In this document: one piece after another, positions 37,251 through 46,340 of the stretch
Layout: each line of letters opens with the position of its first letter
Position numbering within the stretch: position 1 is the first letter of the stretch
Assembly (NCBI GenBank): GCA_958445985.1
Contig: CAUCUN010000004.1
Location: forward strand, 35,895-99,894
Reading direction: 5' to 3'
DNA from: an uncultured Collinsella sp.
Lineage (GTDB): Bacteria > Actinomycetota > Coriobacteriia > Coriobacteriales > Coriobacteriaceae
DNA length: 64,000 bases
Made by a program: the position numbers and the translations under genes
The notes under the pieces: model-generated
The model's database searches: none
What the model was told of the DNA's origin: nothing
What the model saw: only the letters and a program-made list of their open reading frames with translations

Positions 37251-38507
37251 ATGGCATTGCAATTTACAGAGCGCGAGTTCATTCCCGTGCTGCTTGGTGG
37301 CGACATCAACGCCTATTCGGTGGCGCGCGCCTTCTACGAGGAGTACCAGGTCAAGAGTCTGGTCTTTGGCAAGTATCAGACGGGTCCCGCGTACCGCAGC
37401 CAGATTATCGACTACACGCCCAACGTGGATATCGACACCATGCCCGTGATGCTCAAAACCGTCAACGGCATTGCCCAAGCGCATGCCGACAAGACTATTG
37501 TCCTTGTGGGCTGCGGCGACAACTATGTCGCTCTCGTGGCTCAAGCCAAGGATGCTCATGAGCTGGCGGATAACATCGTCGCTCCCTACGCGCCCTACAG
37601 CATGCTCGAGCAGTGCCAGAAGAAGGAGATCTTCTACGAGCTGTGCGAGAAGCATGGCGTGCCCTATCCACACACGTTTACCTTTACCAAGGCGATGCTT
37701 AATGCCCAGGGTGAGGCGCCTGCCGAAGTGCTCGACCAGATCGATTTTCCTTACCCGATGATTCTGAAGCCTTCTGACGGCATCATGTGGTGGCAGCATG
37801 AGTTCGAGGGCCAGAAGAAGGCCTATGAGATTGCCGACCGCGCCGAGCTGGAACAGGTCATTCGCGATTCGTATGCCAGCGGCTACACCGACGATCTGAT
37901 CTTGCAGGATCGCGTGCCCGGCAACGACGAGTACATGCGCGTGCTCACCAGCTATTCCGACCGCAACGGTAAGGTCCGCATGATGTGCCTGGGCCATGTG
38001 CTGCTCGAGGAGCATCAGCCCCACGGTGTCGGCAACCATGCCTGTATCATTACCGAGCCTAACGACGAACTCATGGGCGGCGTGCGCAAGCTGCTCGAGG
38101 ACCTTCACTTTGTGGGCTATTCCAACTTTGACGTTAAGTACGACGAGCGCGACGGCTCGTTTAAGTTCTTCGATTTCAACACGCGCCAGGGTCGCAGCAA
38201 CTACTACGTTACCAACAGCGGCTTTAACGTTGCCAAGTATGTGGTGGACGAGTATGTGTTCAACCGCCCGTTTGAGCCGGAGTTTGTGACGGCGCAGGAC
38301 GAGGCCCTGTGGATGGTCGTCCCCATGGGCGTCGTCGACAAGTACGTCAAGGATCCCGAGCTGCGCGCTAAGGTGCATCGCCTGGACAAGGAAGGTAAGG
38401 GCGCCGACCCTTCGTTTATGAAGGGCGACTTTGTCTTTAACCGCTGGCTGCGCATGTGGCACACCAAGCTGCGCCACTTTAAGCTGTTCAAGACGTATTA
38501 CAAGTAG
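37251..38507 (+). CDS. ATP-grasp carboxylate-amine ligase (D-aspartate ligase-like)
   Basis: LGGDINAYSVARAFYE, LKPS, QDRVPGND, NFDVKYDERDG, N.RQGRSNYYV motifs. Confidence 0.85.
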   Translation: MALQFTEREFIPVLLGGDINAYSVARAFYEEYQVKSLVFGKYQTGPAYRSQIIDYTPNVDIDTMPVMLKTVNGIAQAHADKTIVLVGCGDNYVALVAQAKDAHELADNIVAPYAPYSMLEQCQKKEIFYELCEKHGVPYPHTFTFTKAMLNAQGEAPAEVLDQIDFPYPMILKPSDGIMWWQHEFEGQKKAYEIADRAELEQVIRDSYASGYTDDLILQDRVPGNDEYMRVLTSYSDRNGKVRMMCLGHVLLEEHQPHGVGNHACIITEPNDELMGGVRKLLEDLHFVGYSNFDVKYDERDGSFKFFDFNTRQGRSNYYVTNSGFNVAKYVVDEYVFNRPFEPEFVTAQDEALWMVVPMGVVDKYVKDPELRAKVHRLDKEGKGADPSFMKGDFVFNRWLRMWHTKLRHFKLFKTYYK

Positions 38508-38591
38508 ATGAGTGCGGCGCCCGTCCGGTTTGCATCGGGCGGGCGCGGGTATGATACGCGCAATTGCGCAAGCGTCACCAAGGAGGCGGCG

Positions 38592-39338
38592 ATGGAAAAG
38601 CTGGGAGTTATCGGCGGCATGGGCGCCGAGGCCACGTCGTATTACTACGACCAGGTGGTGCGTCATACGGCTGCTGCCTGCGATCAGGAACATATCGACA
38701 TGGTGGTGCTCTCCAAGTCGACCATGCCCGACCGCACGCTGGCCATTAAGACCGGCGAGCATGCCAAGCTGCTGGCGACCATGAAAGAGTGCGCCCAGGC
38801 ACTCGAGTCGCTGGGCTGTGCACACATTGCCATTCCCTGCAACACGTCACACTACTTCTATGACCAGATCCAGTCGTTTACGAAGGTGCCGATTATCCAC
38901 ATGCCGCGTGAGTCGGTGCGCTATGCCCTTGCGGGTGCGGTGATGGGGGAGTGCGAGTTCGACCCCAACCTGAGTATGCCGGCCGAGCCGGTGCACAAGA
39001 TTGGCATTATGGGAACCGATGGCACCGTGGGCGCGGGCGTCTACGGCCGCGAATGTAAGGCTGCGGGTGTTGAGGTCGTCTATCCCAGCGAGAAACGTCA
39101 GAACGATGTGATGTCGCTTATCTACGATGATGTGAAGGCCGGACGTGAGCCCGATATGGATAAGTTCGACCGCGTGATGTGGGAGTTCGCCCGTAGCGGC
39201 TGCGACCGCGTCATTCTGGCCTGCACCGAGCTCTCGGTGCTGCAGAAGTACCGAGAGATGCCCGAGATCACCCTCGACGCCATGGACGTCCTGGTGCGCG
39301 AATCCATCATCCGTTGCGGTGCTCCCTACCGCCTCTAG
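38592..39338 (+). CDS. Aspartate racemase
   Basis: GVIGGMGAEAT, IPCNTSH, LACTELS (two catalytic Cys). Confidence 0.88.
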   Translation: MEKLGVIGGMGAEATSYYYDQVVRHTAAACDQEHIDMVVLSKSTMPDRTLAIKTGEHAKLLATMKECAQALESLGCAHIAIPCNTSHYFYDQIQSFTKVPIIHMPRESVRYALAGAVMGECEFDPNLSMPAEPVHKIGIMGTDGTVGAGVYGRECKAAGVEVVYPSEKRQNDVMSLIYDDVKAGREPDMDKFDRVMWEFARSGCDRVILACTELSVLQKYREMPEITLDAMDVLVRESIIRCGAPYRL

Positions 39339-39397
39339 CTTCCGATCTGCCAAAAAGGGACAGGTTAATATTGGTAGGTTTTATCTGGTGAAACAGT

Positions 39398-39435
39398 AAA
39401 GGCCTCGGCTCGTTTGGTGCGAGCCGAGGCCTTTT
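39398..39435. terminator. Bidirectional terminator
   Basis: AAAGGCCTCGGCTCG...CGAGCCGAGGCCTTTT. Confidence 0.75.
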
Positions 39436-39463
39436 GCGTTGGGCGGTTGCTGTCGGTAGTGAA

Positions 39464-40210
39464 CTAGAACAGGAAGCCGATGGCGATGAGGGCGATGCTG
39501 ACGATGAGCACGGCGATGTCTAGGCCCTTGATGGGGTAGCGCTTGTACGAGCTGGCGCGCGTACGCAGATAGAAGCCGCGTTGTTCTGCCGCCAAGGCTG
39601 TGGCATCGGTTTTGCCCACGCTTGAGATGAGCAGCGGCACGCACAGTGGCAGCATGAGCTTAAGCTTCTTAATGGGGTTCTTGGTGTCGTACTCGACGCC
39701 GCGTGCGGTCTGCGCCTCCATGATGGCGTTCATCTCCTGACCAAACACCGGCACGAAGCGCAGCGCCGTGGTAAAGGTGAAGGCATAGCGATACGGCACG
39801 TGCAGCACCTCGACGCAGGCGTTGGCAAGGTCGTTGAGCTTGGTCACCATGAGCATGAGGATGAGTGGTAACGCCACACCCAGCAGGCGCAGACAGGCCT
39901 TCGATCCTGTGATGAGACCCGTGTCGGTGATAAAGCCCCACACCACGTTGCCATCGCGCATAAAGGCCAGCTGGAGCACCAGCATGATAAGCGCGAGCGG
40001 AATCAGCAACTTGAGCAGCGAGAACAGACGGTCGACGACGCCGGCATAGGCACCCAGCGCAAGGGTGAGTGCCAAAAAGCCCAGCAGCGCCACGTAGGTG
40101 TCGGACAAGAAGATGCCGACGATGATGGCGGCGGCGAGGCCCAGTTTGACGACGGGATTCAGGCGATGCAGCAGCGTATCGCCCGGCATGTAGTCGATGA
40201 CGTTAACCAC
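39464..40210 (-). CDS. ecfT: ECF transporter transmembrane T component
   Basis: YMPGDTLLHRLNP, ALRFVP, AQTARG, AEQRGF motifs. Confidence 0.88.
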   Translation of the reverse strand: MVNVIDYMPGDTLLHRLNPVVKLGLAAAIIVGIFLSDTYVALLGFLALTLALGAYAGVVDRLFSLLKLLIPLALIMLVLQLAFMRDGNVVWGFITDTGLITGSKACLRLLGVALPLILMLMVTKLNDLANACVEVLHVPYRYAFTFTTALRFVPVFGQEMNAIMEAQTARGVEYDTKNPIKKLKLMLPLCVPLLISSVGKTDATALAAEQRGFYLRTRASSYKRYPIKGLDIAVLIVSIALIAIGFLF

Positions 40211-41954
40211 GGTGGACCATCTCCTTGGCAATTCGAACGACATCGGTGACCTCGCTCATCTGCGCAAAAGCGGGCGAGACGGAAGATGCCAGACGGCGCG
40301 AGAGTTCAATAACCTGGGGAGGCTCCACGTAGGCACGCCGCATGAGATCGATGTTCGAGAATAGCTCGTGCGTGCGGCCGCGGTCGAGGATGCGACCGTC
40401 GGCCATTACCACAATGCGCTCGGCAAAATCCGAGACGACTTCCATATCGTGGCAGACCATGATAACGGCGCAACCGCGCTCGGCCATGGTGCGCACCGTT
40501 TCCATGACGGTCATGCACTCGCGGTAATCAAGGCCGCTCGTGGGCTCGTCGAGCACGACGATCTTGGGCTCAACCACTACGACGGAGGCAAGCGCCACCA
40601 TTTGTCGCTGGCCGCGCGAAAGCGAGAACGGCGCCTCATCGGCAGGCAGGCCAAAGCGGTCGATAACGAGTTGAGCACGACGCAGAGCCTCGGCGCGGTC
40701 CATGCCGCCAAGCTCCAAGCCAAAGGCGACCTCGTCGAGCACGGTGTCCTTGCAGATTTGACGGTCAGGGTTTTGGAAGAGGGTCGCGACCTCGCGGGCA
40801 ATGCGGCTCGTGGGGACGGTTGCAGTATCCAGTCCTGTGACGCGCACGCTGCCCGAGGCGGGCTTGAGCAGGCCCGTGAGCAGCTTGGTGAGCGTGGTCT
40901 TGCCGGCACCGTTCTGGCCGACGATGCCCACGAGCTCGCCGGGATAGAGGGTCAGGTTGAGGTCGTGGACGGCGGCGCCGCCATTGGGATAGGCAAACTC
41001 GACATGGTCGAAGGTGAGTACGGGTTCGGCGTCCTTGGCATGAGGACGCAACGACGGTGCATGCGGGGAACCGGCGGGCGCCTGGGCTTCGATAGCCGCG
41101 TGTGCGGGGTCGACGATGCCCGAAATCAGGCGCTCGGCCTCATCGACATCCAAGCAGGGGGTGCCGCTTACCAGGCCATCGGCCTCGAGGCTATTGAAGA
41201 TACGCGTGACGCGAGGGCAGTCGACGCCGATGGCACGGAGCTCGTCGGTATGCGCGAAGACCTCGTGTGGCTCGCCCTGCAGCGCGATTTCGCCATGGTT
41301 GAGCACGAGCACGCGGTTGCAGTACTCCGAGAGCAGGGCGACCTTTTGCTCAACGACGACGATGGTGATTCCAAGTGCGCGGTTTGCCTCACGCAGCGTC
41401 TCGAAGACCAACGTGGAGCTAGCGGGGTCGAGTGCCGCGGTGGGCTCGTCGAGAACCAAGACGCGCGGACGCATGGCGAGGATGGCGGCGATGGCTACCT
41501 TTTGCTTCTGTCCGCCCGAGAGGGTGGCGATCTCGCGGTCGCGCAGGTCGCTGATGCCGACGGTCTCGAGCGTTTCGCTCACGCGCCGCTCGATCTGGTC
41601 GTGGGGAACGCCAAAGTTCTCGAGGCCAAAGAGCATCTCGTCCTCGACGACCGAGGCGACCATCTGTGTGTCGATGTCCTGCAACACGCTGCCGACGATC
41701 TGCGACACATCGGTGAGCGAGACTTCGCAGGTGTCGTGGTCGTCAGCCATGACGGACCCAAAGAACGTGCCGGTGTAGTGGTGGGGCACGGCACCCGACA
41801 GACAGGCGGCAAGCGTGGACTTGCCGGCGCCCGAGGGCCCGATGATGCCGATGAAATCTCCCTTGTTCACGCTGAGCGAGATGTGGCTGAGCGCCTGCTC
41901 GGTCTGCGTGCCATAGGAGAACGAGACATCGTCGACGTTGATGATCGTTTCCAT
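40203..41954 (-). CDS. ECF transporter fused double ATPase (A-A')
   Basis: Two ABC domains: GPSGAGKST/LSGGQKQ and GQNGAGKTT/LSRGQRQ. Confidence 0.9.
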   Translation of the reverse strand: METIINVDDVSFSYGTQTEQALSHISLSVNKGDFIGIIGPSGAGKSTLAACLSGAVPHHYTGTFFGSVMADDHDTCEVSLTDVSQIVGSVLQDIDTQMVASVVEDEMLFGLENFGVPHDQIERRVSETLETVGISDLRDREIATLSGGQKQKVAIAAILAMRPRVLVLDEPTAALDPASSTLVFETLREANRALGITIVVVEQKVALLSEYCNRVLVLNHGEIALQGEPHEVFAHTDELRAIGVDCPRVTRIFNSLEADGLVSGTPCLDVDEAERLISGIVDPAHAAIEAQAPAGSPHAPSLRPHAKDAEPVLTFDHVEFAYPNGGAAVHDLNLTLYPGELVGIVGQNGAGKTTLTKLLTGLLKPASGSVRVTGLDTATVPTSRIAREVATLFQNPDRQICKDTVLDEVAFGLELGGMDRAEALRRAQLVIDRFGLPADEAPFSLSRGQRQMVALASVVVVEPKIVVLDEPTSGLDYRECMTVMETVRTMAERGCAVIMVCHDMEVVSDFAERIVVMADGRILDRGRTHELFSNIDLMRRAYVEPPQVIELSRRLASSVSPAFAQMSEVTDVVRIAKEMVHRG

Positions 41955-41972
41955 GGATACCTTTCGTAGTCA

Positions 41973-42016
41973 TTGGGGACGTTCTTAAATGACCAGTCGT
42001 TTAAGAACGTCCCCAA
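41973..42016. repeat. REP-like palindrome
   Basis: TTGGGGACGTTCTTAAATGAC-CA-GTCGTTTAAGAACGTCCCCAA. Confidence 0.7.
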
Positions 42017-42059
42017 AAGCTAGTCGTTTGGGACAGTCTTTGGTGGTGAAGCACGGAGA

Positions 42060-42160
42060 CGGCTTTACGAGGGGCCCCAGGTTGGCGCGAAAGAGAAGCG
42101 AAGCGTACTTGGGTACGCGAGCGACGAATGAACGCCAAGATGGGGTGGCTCGTAAAGCCG
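42060..42160 (-). repeat. Structured intergenic repeat family A, copy 2 (core only, different outer stem)
   Basis: Shares the CGCGAAAGAGAAG-hairpin-CGACGA.TGAACG core with copies 1 and 3. Confidence 0.75.
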
Positions 42161-42166
42161 AGCGGG

Positions 42167-42739
42167 TTAGTTGAGCCTAAGGGCCTTCTGGATGGGCAGA
42201 TAGAGGGCGCCGACCAGAATGGCGTTAAAGACGGCGGTCATGGCGACGACGGGCAGCATGGCGGCGGCGAGCTCGCCTACCACGCCGAGCATGGCCATCT
42301 TGATGACCATGAAGATGGCGCCGGAGACAAAGGTGGTCAGGAAGGTTGCGACAATGGCGATCGCGGGCTTGATCTGACCGTTCTTGCCGGCGGCGTTGAC
42401 GATGCCGGCCATGAGCATGGCGGCGATGCCCTCGGCGGCAAAATCGACGAACGGCGAAGTGGTGGTGATCTGGATCACGGCAGCCGAGATGAGGCCAATG
42501 ACGAGCGCCTGGCCGATGCTGGGACGAACGACCAGAATGGTGAGGCAGAAGGCCGAGATGATGAACTCGGGGCTGATCATACCGCCCGAGATGCCCGAGA
42601 TGGCCTTGCCGACGGTGAAGTTGAGGATGAAGCCGGCGGCGAGCAGGATTGCGAGCAGGACGAGAGCACGGACGTCGAGTTTGCCGCGGTCGGCGGTCTG
42701 GACGCTGCGGGGCCGGGCGGCGGTGGTGTTCTGAGACAT
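42167..42739 (-). CDS. ECF S component, probable tryptophan transporter (TrpP-like)
   Basis: ~190-aa hydrophobic protein with ~6 TM upstream of the A-A'/T genes; Trp attenuator upstream. Confidence 0.75.
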   Translation of the reverse strand: MSQNTTAARPRSVQTADRGKLDVRALVLLAILLAAGFILNFTVGKAISGISGGMISPEFIISAFCLTILVVRPSIGQALVIGLISAAVIQITTTSPFVDFAAEGIAAMLMAGIVNAAGKNGQIKPAIAIVATFLTTFVSGAIFMVIKMAMLGVVGELAAAMLPVVAMTAVFNAILVGALYLPIQKALRLN

Positions 42740-42816
42740 GGTGAAAATCCTTTCGGAATGGGAGTGCAAGAGAAAAGCGGAGGCGCGTGATGCGAATGCG
42801 ATCGGGCTCGAGATAG

Positions 42817-42848
42817 AAAAAGGCCCCCGGTCGAAACCGGAGGCCTTT
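42817..42848 (-). terminator. Attenuator terminator
   Basis: Minus strand AAAGGCCTCCGG-TTTCGA-CCGGGGGCCTTTTT, between the leader and the S-component gene. Confidence 0.85.
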
Positions 42849-42883
42849 CAATCACCTAGAGCGCAAAAACAGGCGTGAGGGAC

Positions 42884-42952
42884 TCACTGTCGACCGATCG
42901 TATTCGTATCACGCCACCACCAGTTGTTGAGGGACTTCATCGTGTTCATCAT
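42884..42952 (-). CDS. trpL: Trp leader peptide MMNTMKSLNNWWWRDTNTIGRQ
   Basis: SD GAAAGGAG; three consecutive TGG codons; followed by a terminator. Confidence 0.85.
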   Translation of the reverse strand: MMNTMKSLNNWWWRDTNTIGRQ

Positions 42953-43112
42953 CTTGGTGGCTCCTTTCGTGATGCCGTGGCGCGGTCGCACCTAGTTGCT
43001 GTTGCGCTGCACTATAGCACAGCAAAGTGTGTGCGGGGAAATCTTTTTTGAAAAGATTTCAGGCGGGTTTCCCGCCGGTCAAAAGAGCGGGCTCAGCTAG
43101 GACATGAGGGCC

Positions 43113-44915
43113 TTAGGCCTTCTTGCGACGATAGATCACGTAGGCGCAGACACCGATGATGACGACGGCGCCAACGGCCATGGCGGCCATGTTGTTGCCC
43201 TCGGACTTCTCCTCAGTGATCTCTTCCTCTTCGGCCTCGGGCTCGGCCACGTCCTCATCGGAGAGCGCCTCGTCGGCGTAGGTGATGGACTTGACCAGGC
43301 GGTCGTTGTCGGCATCGTAGTCACTCGGGACGAACTCCTCGGAGAAATCGCCCTCCTTGAGGTAGTCGCGCATCTCCTCGAGCATGGCCTTGCACTTAAC
43401 ATAGGTGTTCTTGGTTGCAGCCTTGCCGGCCTTGTTGGCCAGGGCGGTGCGGGCTTCGGTGCCTTCTTCGGCCTGCATGGCCTCGTCGACGGTCAGGTTC
43501 TGCTCGATGAGTTCCTTCTGCAGGGCGTCGAGATAGGCGCGGACGCCGGTGGCGCAGTGGTCGCGGTTCTCATAGGCGAGCGTGTTGATGTCCATGAGGA
43601 CGTAGTTGATGGAGTTCTTGGGCTCCTCGTTGTTCACGACGTCTTCCTCTTCGCAGTGATCGAAGGAGACATCCTGATCGCTGAAGTAGGGGCTGACCTC
43701 GGTGAGCAGCGCGGAGTAGAAGGGGATGGCGACGGAGAATTCGGCGTTGGAGAGCATCTCCCACTGGATGGTCGCGATCTCGGGATCCATGCCGTGACGG
43801 ATCTGGAAGGTGTGGATCTCGGTGTTGCGGCTGGAGCCGATGGCATAGGCGCCGTCGGTGTTGGCGTTGAGGCCGGCAACATTCTCGCCGCGAGCGGCGA
43901 AGGAACGAATCATCTCAAAGGTGTTCCAGTCGGACTTGCCGGGCTGGAAGAACAGCGGCTGCATCTCGTGGACCAGAGCACCAGTCGTGGCACGAGCGTC
44001 TTCGCGCTCGTCCTTGACGATCTCGTAGTCGGTGCCCTCGGCAAGCGGAGCCATGAAGTAATCACGGCCCTGGACATAGCGCGACCACTGGTGCATACCG
44101 GCCTCGTCGATCTCCTCGCCGTAGGTCTTGGCGACGTCGAACTTGCCGTCGGTGTACTCGGCAAAGCCCTTCTCCCTAGGCATGGACTCGATGCCCTCGG
44201 AATGGAGACAGTTCTCGGTGTCATCGAGGTCGACGTTATAGGTGAGGTTGCCGATGTTGGGGTTGAGCGAGGCGATGTCATCGGCGAGCTTCATAGCAAT
44301 CCACTGATGGCCGGAAAGCGCGGCGAACAGCCAGGTATCGGTGCTGTCGGCGATGATGATCTGGTCGTTGGAGCAGACGCCCTGCTCGTCGATCAGACTG
44401 CCGATGAGCTCGACGCCCTCACGGGCCGTGGCGCTCTCGCCCAGGATGACGCTGGCATAGCTGTATTCGCCAATGCCAGTCTCCTCGGTGATGGGGTCGG
44501 CCTCTTCGGCCTTCTCGTTATAGGAGGTGCTCAACGTGGCAGAGCAGGAGACGCCCTTCTCGTTGATGCCTGCCTCGGAATATGCGTCGTAGCGATCTTC
44601 CCACTGCGAGGGGTTGTCGCGAACGAAGGTGTAGCGGTAGGTTGCGCCCTTGGACTTGTACTCAAAACCGGACTCGACCGAGGTGTACTCGTTGCCGTCC
44701 TTGTGCGCGGGCTCAATGCCAAAGTGCTTGACATAGCGCGGACCGAAGTCCTCGGAACGGCCGTAGTACGTGTTGCCGTCTGCCGTGAGCTTGCTGCCCA
44801 TGTAGATCTGGGTGCAGGCGAGTGCCGAAGTCGGCATGGCCGTGATGGCCGCTGCTCCAAACGCAAGGCCGCAGCCGAGCTTTTTGAGCGTGTTGACAGG
44901 ATGAGTAAACCTCAT
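43113..44915 (-). CDS. Exported, C-terminally anchored C69-family (Ntn) dipeptidase
   Basis: Signal peptide then CTQIYMG..DG..YYGRSED, EAGINEKGV, TAREGV; C-terminal TM plus RRKK. Confidence 0.85.
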   Translation of the reverse strand: MRFTHPVNTLKKLGCGLAFGAAAITAMPTSALACTQIYMGSKLTADGNTYYGRSEDFGPRYVKHFGIEPAHKDGNEYTSVESGFEYKSKGATYRYTFVRDNPSQWEDRYDAYSEAGINEKGVSCSATLSTSYNEKAEEADPITEETGIGEYSYASVILGESATAREGVELIGSLIDEQGVCSNDQIIIADSTDTWLFAALSGHQWIAMKLADDIASLNPNIGNLTYNVDLDDTENCLHSEGIESMPREKGFAEYTDGKFDVAKTYGEEIDEAGMHQWSRYVQGRDYFMAPLAEGTDYEIVKDEREDARATTGALVHEMQPLFFQPGKSDWNTFEMIRSFAARGENVAGLNANTDGAYAIGSSRNTEIHTFQIRHGMDPEIATIQWEMLSNAEFSVAIPFYSALLTEVSPYFSDQDVSFDHCEEEDVVNNEEPKNSINYVLMDINTLAYENRDHCATGVRAYLDALQKELIEQNLTVDEAMQAEEGTEARTALANKAGKAATKNTYVKCKAMLEEMRDYLKEGDFSEEFVPSDYDADNDRLVKSITYADEALSDEDVAEPEAEEEEITEEKSEGNNMAAMAVGAVVIIGVCAYVIYRRKKA

Positions 44916-45222
44916 AATCCCTCCCAACCGTTGAAACCCCGCGAAACCGTACGGAGCTTCAGCTAATAAATACATCTATTAGCCTATCGGAAGTCTAAAG
45001 AGTATTCATCTAATTCGACGAAATACTCGATGAGCGTCCCAAAATATGCGATGAGCGGATAAGAATACTCATTTCATAGCTTTACTTAAATAAAGGCACC
45101 CTGCAATTACTGTATCTGAATAAAGCGCCTTGCACGGGGCGCAAAGAAAATCCCCCGCTGTTTGGCAAATGCATAAACAGCAGGGGAGACGATAATTGGA
45201 TGAATATCATACCAATGTGGAA

Positions 45223-45315
45223 TTACTTCTTCCGGCGGTGGATCACGTTGATCGCATAGCCGACGAGCATGGCCAAAACGATGATGATAAAGCCGAGCAG
45301 GGGATTGTCGTTCAT
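45223..45315 (-). CDS. 30-aa single-TM microprotein MNDNPLLGFIIIVLAMLVGYAINVIHRRKK
   Basis: SD GGAGGA immediately after the DAG kinase stop; TM plus basic tail; hairpin downstream. Confidence 0.65.
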   Translation of the reverse strand: MNDNPLLGFIIIVLAMLVGYAINVIHRRKK

Positions 45316-45324
45316 AGGGTCCTC

Positions 45325-46242
45325 CTATTTTCCAAGCGGGGAGAATTCGTCGACGATGAGGTCGAGGCATTGTGGAAGCGCGCGGGCTCCAAAGACGCCC
45401 GAATTGCTGGAGATAATTTCGCCATCGAACTGCATGCCCAGCGACGGGGTGCAGGTGATCTTGGCTTCCTTGGTCTGGATGATCTTGAATTGCGGGCGCC
45501 CGAGTACCTTGCCGGCGGGGTCAAGCGCAGCGGTGATCACGGTAGGCAGCAGCTGCACGGTGCGCACGGGTTCGATGACCGCAATGTCGACCATGCCATC
45601 GTTCATACGGCAGTCGGGGAACAGGTTGATGTCGTTTTGGATGACCGAGGTGTTGCCGGCCATGCAGCAGATGCCGTCGAGCTCCTCGACAATGCCGTCA
45701 TGCTCAATCGTAAAGTGCGCCACCGTGGGATTGGGCGTGGCGAGCGCGGAGAGGAAGTAAGCGATCTCGCCGATGTCGTTTTTGGTGGGGGCGGCCTTCA
45801 TCATGATCTCGGCGTCGAAGCCCGAGCCGGCGATGATGATGAAGCCGTGGCGCTTCTCGTTGCCGTTCTCGTCGAGCCAAAAGAGCTCGCCCATGTCGAC
45901 TTTGACCGTGCGACCGGCACGGCAGGCCTTGGCGAGCGCCGCCGCCTCGGGGGCATTGCCGATGTTGTTGAAGAACAGGCAGGCCGTACCGGAGGGGAAG
46001 ACGAGCGTGGGGACACCGCATCCGCGCATCTGGTCGAGCACGTTGGAGACAGTGCCGTCGCCGCCCGAAACGACCACGCGGTCAAACTCGCGCACGTCTG
46101 CCACGGCGTCCTCGGGTTCCATGCCATCGCCGATAAAGCGCATCACGACCTCGTCGCCGCCCTGTGCAAGGGCGTGCGTGAATGCGAAGATTTCATCTGA
46201 GCTGGGGCCCGATGCCGGGTTGTGGATGATAAGGCAGCGCAT
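45325..46242 (-). CDS. Diacylglycerol/lipid kinase family protein
   Basis: IHNPASG, SGGDGTV, PSGT, GSGFDA, QFDGE motifs. Confidence 0.88.
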   Translation of the reverse strand: MRCLIIHNPASGPSSDEIFAFTHALAQGGDEVVMRFIGDGMEPEDAVADVREFDRVVVSGGDGTVSNVLDQMRGCGVPTLVFPSGTACLFFNNIGNAPEAAALAKACRAGRTVKVDMGELFWLDENGNEKRHGFIIIAGSGFDAEIMMKAAPTKNDIGEIAYFLSALATPNPTVAHFTIEHDGIVEELDGICCMAGNTSVIQNDINLFPDCRMNDGMVDIAVIEPVRTVQLLPTVITAALDPAGKVLGRPQFKIIQTKEAKITCTPSLGMQFDGEIISSNSGVFGARALPQCLDLIVDEFSPLGK

Positions 46243-46340
46243 ACTTACGTTCCCGTTCTGTGACTAACCGAGTATAGTTGTAAGGCAATGCCGATATCCT
46301 ACCCGTGTTTTTCGGGCCTAACCTTATTCGATGGGTTGAT

